Shown one piece after another: positions 57,983 through 64,000 of a stretch of DNA of 64,000 nt; position 1 is the stretch's first letter; the number at the start of each line of letters is the position of its first letter. The translations under genes and the position numbers were made by a program. The notes under the pieces were generated by a model. That model was not told where the DNA came from and made no database searches. It was given only the letters and a program-made list of their open reading frames with translations. Source of the DNA: Gemmatimonadaceae bacterium (GTDB lineage Bacteria; Gemmatimonadota; Gemmatimonadetes; Gemmatimonadales; Gemmatimonadaceae); the NCBI GenBank assembly GCA_045803545.1, contig JBJMOW010000002.1, positions 448,001-512,000 on the forward strand, given 5' to 3'.

Positions 57983-59310
57983 TAGAAGGGCATCGGCGCT
58001 GCGATGGCTTGGTAGATCCGGTCGCCGAAATAGTCATCGCCAGACTGCGTCGGATGAATGCCGTCGCTACCCGTTAAGAGGTCGGCATTCCCACTTCCGG
58101 TCGTAGCACCGACCTTACCCGTACCGGTGATGAATCCCAGCGTGTTCGCAACCGCGCTTGCCGAGACAATGGGATCGATAAAGAGATTCGGCCCGTTTGG
58201 GTCGCCAGCTAGGAGCGCAGCCTTCAAAGCATCGCGCATCGAAACCTGAAACGACGTCGGTGTCCCCGACGCAATCAGGTCTCCGATCACAATGAGTTTG
58301 ACATAGGGAAGCGCTGCTCTGATCTGCGCATAGAGCGTCGTCGCTTCCGCCTGGATCTGCGCAGCACTAAAAGCGGAATCGTTGCCGCCGCCCTGAATAA
58401 CGACAATCTCGGGCGAGTTGTTGATGACGTCGGTGACGACGCGTGACCTGAACGTCGGCTGAGTGACATTGAGGTAGCCAGCCCCGCCGATGCCGGAAGT
58501 CCAGGCATCGCGTGACCAGCCGAGCAGTTTCGTCGCCCGATCGACGAAGCCACTGATCTGCGCCGTCGCTCCCGTGCCATTTGTCTTGGAGTCGCCCATC
58601 CAGATCGAGCGCGGACCATCAGGGAGACTCGATGGCCAGAGTGTGTCGTTGGGACCGACGTTGAAGCCGCGGAATCCGCACTGGTTCGTGAGCTCGATCC
58701 GGATACGGCGGACAGCGCGGACGCCGCTGAAGTCCACCTTCTGCCAGTAGAGCGCGCCATCACCCGGAGGGCCAATGGTCGGAGTCGATGAGACGTACTG
58801 GCCGTCAACGAGGATTCGGAATGCAGCGTTACCCGAGATGCCGCGGGTGCCGAACTCGAAGACCGATCCGTCGAACATGGACTCGACGAACATGTTGCCG
58901 CCAGCCAGCGCGTTACAGTTGAACGAGCAGACCGTGAGCAGCGCGTTCGCCGCCTGCGAGACGACGTCCACCTTTCCGCCGGAGTACTTCCACGGAACAG
59001 CGGTGTTCTTGATCCACGTGCCGCTGCTGTTAACCGTGGCAGCCGTTGCGACCGCGCTAGCAATTGTACTCGCCGCGTTCGCCGTTCCCTGCGTCACGGT
59101 CGGCGGGGTCGCCATCGCTGGCGGGAGCCCGATCAGCCGCTGCATCGCGGGGAACGGTTGCATCGTTCCGAACTTGCTCGTCGCGAGTCTCCGCACGTCG
59201 AGCGACACGATCATGTCGCGGAAATCCTGCGCCGAGATCGAGCCGTCGGCCTGGCCGTCCTGAAAGAGCTGCGAGAGCAGTACGGCGATCTCGCGAAGTG
59301 TGTCAGGCAT
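57982..59310 (-). CDS. SGNH/GDSL esterase-domain protein in the head-tail module
   Basis: WMGDS, GIGGAGY, QGGGND, DGIHP. Confidence 0.85.
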   Translation of the reverse strand: MPDTLREIAVLLSQLFQDGQADGSISAQDFRDMIVSLDVRRLATSKFGTMQPFPAMQRLIGLPPAMATPPTVTQGTANAASTIASAVATAATVNSSGTWIKNTAVPWKYSGGKVDVVSQAANALLTVCSFNCNALAGGNMFVESMFDGSVFEFGTRGISGNAAFRILVDGQYVSSTPTIGPPGDGALYWQKVDFSGVRAVRRIRIELTNQCGFRGFNVGPNDTLWPSSLPDGPRSIWMGDSKTNGTGATAQISGFVDRATKLLGWSRDAWTSGIGGAGYLNVTQPTFRSRVVTDVINNSPEIVVIQGGGNDSAFSAAQIQAEATTLYAQIRAALPYVKLIVIGDLIASGTPTSFQVSMRDALKAALLAGDPNGPNLFIDPIVSASAVANTLGFITGTGKVGATTGSGNADLLTGSDGIHPTQSGDDYFGDRIYQAIAAPMPF

Positions 59311-59648
59311 TATGCGAAGGCCGGACTAAAGGCCGAGGTGCAGATGTGCGGATACGGATACTTGACGAGGTAGAGCTGAACGATTCCGCCGTCGCCAATA
59401 ACTAGAGGATCGCGCACCTTCATCACTGCACCTGCGGCGGTGACTGTGTCGCCTCGCTTGGGCATTGGATTGAACGCGTTGTACGGGATCTCGAGCAGCG
59501 TGACGCGATCGACGACGTCGACGTAGCCCGCGGCGAGAGAATCTCTTTGATCGTAGGTGCTATCGATCGCCTTCACCGTGACCCCGTTGAAAACGAGATC
59601 CACGCCGAAGTCGCCGAAGAACGCAGAGAGATCCGAGTCGCCGAACAC
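59310..59648 (-). CDS. head-tail joining (head closure) protein
   Basis: FFGDFG, PKRGDTV, DGG; position after capsid genes. Confidence 0.7.
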   Translation of the reverse strand: MFGDSDLSAFFGDFGVDLVFNGVTVKAIDSTYDQRDSLAAGYVDVVDRVTLLEIPYNAFNPMPKRGDTVTAAGAVMKVRDPLVIGDGGIVQLYLVKYPYPHICTSAFSPAFA

Positions 59649-59655
59649 GATTCAT

Positions 59656-59922
59656 TTACCGACGTCGGATAGTGCGAGGGTCGCGCTGCTCGACTATCGG
59701 ATCTCGCTGCTCGGGTTGCGCGACGTCCTCGTCGAAGACAGGATCCGCACGATTGGTGTCGATCAGCTGCTGCGCGATCGCAACGGGCAGATCGTGCGGG
59801 CCGCCTTCGAGGTGGTTGCCGTCGGGACCCTGAACACCGAAGCCCGGCCGCAGCTTGACCTTCACCGTTCCGGTGATTTTCTCACCGCGAAGGTTCATCA
59901 CCGTGTATTGATGCTGACTCAC
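59656..59922 (-). CDS. small head-module protein (paralog B)
   Basis: VKVKLRPGFGV...DLPVAIAQQLIDTNRA. Confidence 0.65.
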   Translation of the reverse strand: MSQHQYTVMNLRGEKITGTVKVKLRPGFGVQGPDGNHLEGGPHDLPVAIAQQLIDTNRADPVFDEDVAQPEQRDPIVEQRDPRTIRRR

Positions 59923-60164
59923 GAATCCGCCTGGATCTCGGGTGAGACTTCTTTGCTCTCGGTGATCTCGGCGGGTGCCGGCGTCTCCGGACGAATGATC
60001 CGGACGCGGTTTCGGTGTTCCTCTTCGCGCGCGAGATCTTGGTCGAGCTCCGCTTCCTGGCCGCTTTCGTAGGTCTCGGTCACAAGCTCGCCTTCCTCGG
60101 AGACGTGCGTCACCTGGAAACCGAAGATCACCTTCACCTGAACTCTTTCTTTTACCTCTGACAT
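59919..60164 (-). CDS. small head-module protein (paralog A)
   Basis: VQVKVIFGFQV...ELDQDLAREEEHRNRV; RBS GGAG. Confidence 0.65.
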   Translation of the reverse strand: MSEVKERVQVKVIFGFQVTHVSEEGELVTETYESGQEAELDQDLAREEEHRNRVRIIRPETPAPAEITESKEVSPEIQADS

Positions 60165-60179
60165 CAGTTGCTCCGTGGT

Positions 60180-61265
60180 TTACGCCAGCGCGTCTTTGGA
60201 AATGGCGAAGGCCTGCGGGTGTCTCACAGCGACGTCGATCAGTTGATACGACGTGAATTCGATCATGCCCTGCTTCTTCAACCGGAACGGATCCGCGACG
60301 ATCTCGAACGCGCCCCAGAAGCCGATGATCACTTCCGACATCGCGCCGAAGATGATCGGGTGGCAGACGGCGCCCGAGGTGCCCTTGACGAGATTCTTCG
60401 GGAGTTGGTTCGAAACGAGGACCGGGTAGTCGTTGATCGACTGATCTCCGTCGAGGATGAACCAGCCAGAGGTCGTCTGGCGATCGGTGATGCGCCAGCG
60501 GTCGCGAATCTCCGGGGTCGTGACGTAAGCCATCGTGTCTAGGTCGACGTCACCGTCAGCGACAGCGACGGTCTTCTCGAACGACGTCGTCTGGGGCCAC
60601 GTCGCGATCTGCCCGTTCGTGCCGAGCGCGATCGGGTTCGTGTTGGCCTGATTGAGGAGCCCGGTCGGCTGACCCGAAGCGCCTGATCCGTTCAAGGCCG
60701 CGAGATCGATCGTTGATGCGTGGACGCGAACGAGATCATTTCTCACGAGCTCGTCGACGGACGTTGAGACTTGCGACTGAGCGAGCAGCTGACGGGAGAA
60801 CGAGGTCGTCCCGATTAACTCCTTTGGCGCCATCGCCACCGAGTTGAGCAAGAGATTCGTGTCGCTGACGTCGGCGCCCGGGTTCTGCGTGCTCCAGGAA
60901 GCGGTAGCGACGCCGTTCCCTCGCGGGATCGCGAGATCTCCGGTCAGGCCTTCGAGGACCGTAGCGCCCGCGCGAATCACGATCGCGCGCTTTCTCAGCG
61001 CGTCGATGAACGTCCTCGCCTGCGTGAACTTGAGCTCCTGACCTTTCGTCGACGTCGCCGTGTCCAGCCCTGCGCGCATCGACATCGAGTAAGGAACGAG
61101 GAGCCCGCCGTGCTGGGGAGTGCGAGTTTTGGCGAGCTCGTCGGACACCTCGAACGCGAGCCCTGACTTCGCCCGCTTCCGCTCCGGATCATCTGCGAGC
61201 TGAGCGAGCGCGTCACCTAGACGGTATTCGCGCTCTTCTCTCGCGTTCAGTGTGGTGTCCGACAT
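60180..61265 (-). CDS. second HK97-fold major capsid protein
   Basis: SRQLLAQ, DLAALNGSG...PTGLLN, DPF, DVAVRHPQAF. Confidence 0.88.
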   Translation of the reverse strand: MSDTTLNAREEREYRLGDALAQLADDPERKRAKSGLAFEVSDELAKTRTPQHGGLLVPYSMSMRAGLDTATSTKGQELKFTQARTFIDALRKRAIVIRAGATVLEGLTGDLAIPRGNGVATASWSTQNPGADVSDTNLLLNSVAMAPKELIGTTSFSRQLLAQSQVSTSVDELVRNDLVRVHASTIDLAALNGSGASGQPTGLLNQANTNPIALGTNGQIATWPQTTSFEKTVAVADGDVDLDTMAYVTTPEIRDRWRITDRQTTSGWFILDGDQSINDYPVLVSNQLPKNLVKGTSGAVCHPIIFGAMSEVIIGFWGAFEIVADPFRLKKQGMIEFTSYQLIDVAVRHPQAFAISKDALA

Positions 61266-61362
61266 GAAATCGTTGAGTGAGTAGTGAGGTGAAACGGCGT
61301 GGAACGGAGTGGGGATGCGGCGCGCCTCTTACCTCACGCCGCACCACTCACTCAGTTGGCGA

Positions 61363-63489
61363 CTAGGCCAGCGCGTCCTTCATCGCCGAGAACGCGGCGG
61401 CGTACTTGACGGCGATTCCGTACATGGCGAAGGAGGTCACTTCGATCATGCCCTGTTTCTTCAGGCGATACGGATCGACGATGAGCTCCATCATTCCCCA
61501 GTCACCGACGACGGCCTGACTCCAGGCGCCGAAGATGATCGCCAAGCAGATACCGCTCGACGAACCCTTGGTGAGGTTGTTGGGGACCTGGGCGGACACC
61601 CAGCCCGGGTAACCATTGATCTCGCCTGGAACGCGTGCGCCGAGACCCTGAACCGCTCCGGTTCCGAGAACGTTGGCGTCCGACTTCTGCCACACCGGAA
61701 TGCCAACGGTGTTGGAGAGCACCTGCGCTTTCTTGAACGTGCCGCGCGTGGTCGGGTGCACCATGTACGCGCACGGCCACTGATCAGCGTTCGCAGCTGC
61801 GACCTGAGTTTCCAGATCGACGAGGTGCGTGTACGCCGGCGTCAGGCCGTTCGTGCCGCCGGCGACGGAACCGATACCTGACGTATTCAGGATTCCGGTC
61901 GGCTGGTTCGACGCGCCGGAGCCGTTGATGACGGCGAGATCGAGCGCGATCGCGTTGACGCGCGCCAGATCGTTACGCACAATCGAATCGACGTCGACCA
62001 CCGCCTGCGCGAGCAGCTGCCTCGAGTAGGAGGTCGAAGCCTGGATCGACTTCGGGTTGAGCGCGATCTGAGTCAGCGTCAGGTTGGAATCCGCGACGTC
62101 AGATCCGGGGTTTTCAGCGACCCACGTTGCGGTTGCGGCACCGTTCTGGGCCGGGAAGGCAACCGGACCCTGGAGACCCGCCATCAGGGTGACGCCGGCG
62201 TCGAACGCTGCCATCTTGTTGCGCAGCAGCTCGAGGAAATCACCGGGCACCGTGAACTTGAGCTCGAGACCCTTGGTGGAAGTCGCCGAGTCCAATCCAG
62301 CGCGTTGCTCCATCGGCCAACCGTTCTGGCGAGCCATGATCTCCCGCGCTCTCGCTTCCGAGGTGAAGGTCGGAACGAGGATTCCGCCATTCCGCTTGAT
62401 TCCCTGTGGGACTTTCTTCTCCAGGTCCTGGGCGATCTCGCGCTCGAATGACGCATCGACTTTCTTGCCCATCACGTCTTCGGCGTGCGCGAGAATCGCC
62501 CGCTGGAAGGAGTATTGCTTCCGCTCCTTGTCGGTGAGCTCGACAGCCGGCTTCCCTGTCGGTGCGCTGGCATCGCCGCGCTCCTGGAGCTCGCCCAGGA
62601 TCGAAGCGGCCGCGGAGTCGAGCGTGCGTCCCTCTTCGATCCACGTCGCCACTTTCTCGGCGGGGATCTTGTGCTTGGTGGCGAGTGAGCGGATTTCGTT
62701 CACTCGCTTGCGCTCGGCTTTGACGGCCTCGTCGCGATCCGCGACGGTGATCGCGGAGGGTTTGGATTCGGCCCCGTTATTCTCGGTAGCCGCGTTTGCT
62801 CCTGACATCGGATTGCTCCTGGCGGTGGCCTTCGGGGCCGTGATTGTGAGGTGAGGGAAGTGCTTGCGGAGCGCGGCGATCGCTGTCTCCGTGTCTTCGG
62901 GCGGCGCGTCCCCCGCGCTCCTGCCCACGCCCACCGTGACATCGGCGGGAACTGCAACGCTCGAGGCTTCCATTGGGAGCCAGCGAGTGACGCGAACTTC
63001 GGGAACCTTGTTCTCGCCTTCGACTTCGCGCGTTTCCGTCTCGAGGCAGCGGTAGCCGACCGAGATCCGCTTTCGGATCCCGTCGAGCATATCGCGCCGG
63101 AGATCCTGCGCGGTCGTTCGTTGGCTATAGCGCACCATGCCGCGCATCACGCCGTCTTTGTCGACCGAGATGTCTTCGACGATTCCTTCCTGCTGTCTCG
63201 TGTCGTGGCCATCGAGGAAAGCCATTCCGTCCCTCGCATAGGAGAGATCGACGGCCTCCTTCGTGTGCACGAGCACTTCGTCGTAGAACTCGCCGTCCCA
63301 CCAGCTGTAGCGCCGGACCGGCGTCTCGCTCGAGATCGCGATCGGGACTCGCTCGTCGACGGTGCCGTCAGCCGCGCGAGTCGCAGCGACCTGGGCGAGC
63401 TTCTCCCGATCGACGACGAAAAGCATGTCGCGGTAGAAGACCTCGGCCTTTCTTTTCTCTTCGGATTTCTGTTCGGACTTTGAAGCCAT
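61363..63489 (-). CDS. prohead protease - scaffold - major capsid fusion
   Basis: Protease motifs AISSETPV, FLDGHD, ISVGY, EASSVAVPAD; coiled linker; HK97-type capsid domain. Confidence 0.92.
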   Translation of the reverse strand: MASKSEQKSEEKRKAEVFYRDMLFVVDREKLAQVAATRAADGTVDERVPIAISSETPVRRYSWWDGEFYDEVLVHTKEAVDLSYARDGMAFLDGHDTRQQEGIVEDISVDKDGVMRGMVRYSQRTTAQDLRRDMLDGIRKRISVGYRCLETETREVEGENKVPEVRVTRWLPMEASSVAVPADVTVGVGRSAGDAPPEDTETAIAALRKHFPHLTITAPKATARSNPMSGANAATENNGAESKPSAITVADRDEAVKAERKRVNEIRSLATKHKIPAEKVATWIEEGRTLDSAAASILGELQERGDASAPTGKPAVELTDKERKQYSFQRAILAHAEDVMGKKVDASFEREIAQDLEKKVPQGIKRNGGILVPTFTSEARAREIMARQNGWPMEQRAGLDSATSTKGLELKFTVPGDFLELLRNKMAAFDAGVTLMAGLQGPVAFPAQNGAATATWVAENPGSDVADSNLTLTQIALNPKSIQASTSYSRQLLAQAVVDVDSIVRNDLARVNAIALDLAVINGSGASNQPTGILNTSGIGSVAGGTNGLTPAYTHLVDLETQVAAANADQWPCAYMVHPTTRGTFKKAQVLSNTVGIPVWQKSDANVLGTGAVQGLGARVPGEINGYPGWVSAQVPNNLTKGSSSGICLAIIFGAWSQAVVGDWGMMELIVDPYRLKKQGMIEVTSFAMYGIAVKYAAAFSAMKDALA

Positions 63490-63500
63490 CCGATCCCCGG

Positions 63501-63547
63501 AAAACGAAAAGCGGCCCCCAGATCTCCGAAGAGATCCGAGAGCCGCT
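63501..63547 (-). terminator. leader terminator-like hairpin before the capsid gene
   Basis: Minus strand AGCGGCTCTCGGATCTC-TTCG-GAGATCTGGGGGCCGCT followed by TTTCGTTTT. Confidence 0.65.
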
Positions 63548-63642
63548 GTGAGCGGTGCTATGAGTTGTGGCGCTGCTTTGGTACTACCGACTGCTTACAA
63601 CTTCAGTGTACAACGGTGTCTGCGGACGCGCTACCGCCCGAA

Positions 63643-64000
63643 TCAGGAGGCTTGGAGCATCCTGGGCTTTTCTTTCTTCGGCGCCGGCGGCTGATTCCCG
63701 TTCTCATCGAGCGGTTCGGCATTGTCCTGCTTGGCGCCGATACCACCGATATAGACGCCGGCCTTCTCGGCGATTTCGTTCTCGCGTTTGAGATCGGCGA
63801 TCAGATCTTCGAAGTCGCGACCCATCTCGGCACAGAGCTGCTGCCGCGAGGTGAGACCCAGGGCGAGCATCATTTCGTTGGCCCTCGCATCATTGTAGGG
63901 ATCGACCCACTTCCAGCCGCGGCCCTTCCAGTCGACGTCGGTCCAGCGTTCGGCGATGCGCGATGGCAGCGAGAGGTAAGGCGTTAGGATCGCCATGTCG
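63643..64000 (-). CDS. lambda-family portal protein (C-terminal part)
   Basis: WKGRGWKWVDP..D...LGLTS......G.D. Confidence 0.88.
   Translation of the reverse strand, partial: DMAILTPYLSLPSRIAERWTDVDWKGRGWKWVDPYNDARANEMMLALGLTSRQQLCAEMGRDFEDLIADLKRENEIAEKAGVYIGGIGAKQDNAEPLDENGNQPPAPKKEKPRMLQAS

Larger units (their letters stand above)
34325..64000. mobile_element. siphovirus-like temperate prophage (right end outside window)
   Basis: Integrase next to tRNA, cI/cro switch, RecT, lysis genes, tail tube, tape measure, HK97-fold capsid, portal. Confidence 0.96.

Noticed and set aside
61266..61365. Stop read-through fusing the two capsid genes
   Set aside because: The genes are 97 nt apart, so out of frame, and no slippery site is visible
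1..64000. Many long antisense or alternate-frame ORFs in the track (e.g. 834-1607, 16766-17662, 26668-27657, 51697-52578)
   Set aside because: They shadow well-supported genes in GC-rich DNA and lack motifs
1..64000. CRISPR array, rRNA, IS element, retron or diversity-generating retroelement
   Set aside because: No spaced direct repeats, transposase or reverse transcriptase motifs seen; the capsid similarity is paralogy, not a template/variable repeat pair

Overview
The window has two halves. Bases 1 to ~34.3 kb are a co-directional (+ strand) housekeeping block of a GC-rich diderm bacterium; the gene order suggests Gemmatimonadota, which is an inference. It holds fbp, a methylmalonyl-CoA mutase large subunit, argS, purM, ribD-ribE-ribBA-ribH-nusB, hprK with a mannose-family PTS plus HPr and EI, metK, a cobalamin-riboswitch-controlled btuFCDB operon, recO, selB, clpB, tadA, a CocE/NonD hydrolase and two tRNA-Ser genes. 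From ~34.3 kb to the end is a siphovirus-like prophage integrated next to tRNA-Ser(GGA), continuing past the right edge. It has a leftward early operon (cro, cII-like, recT, HNH genes, xis-like, integrase), a short rightward immunity operon, and leftward late genes (portal, head, tail, lysis). Most notable in the prophage: an ImmA/IrrE-type antirepressor protease fused to a HIRAN-like domain beside a repressor with no autopeptidase; a tail-tip protein ending in a non-splicing Hint domain; two tandem major capsid paralogs followed by two paralogous small head proteins; an extended lysis operon with a Tat-type GH-A lipoprotein, a possible unimolecular spanin, a DUF6527-like protein and an exported JAB-motif protein; an SGNH esterase in the head-tail module; a degenerate tRNA-Gly element inside early coding sequence; and a -1 frameshift tail chaperone. 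All calls come from reading motifs by eye; no database searches were run.
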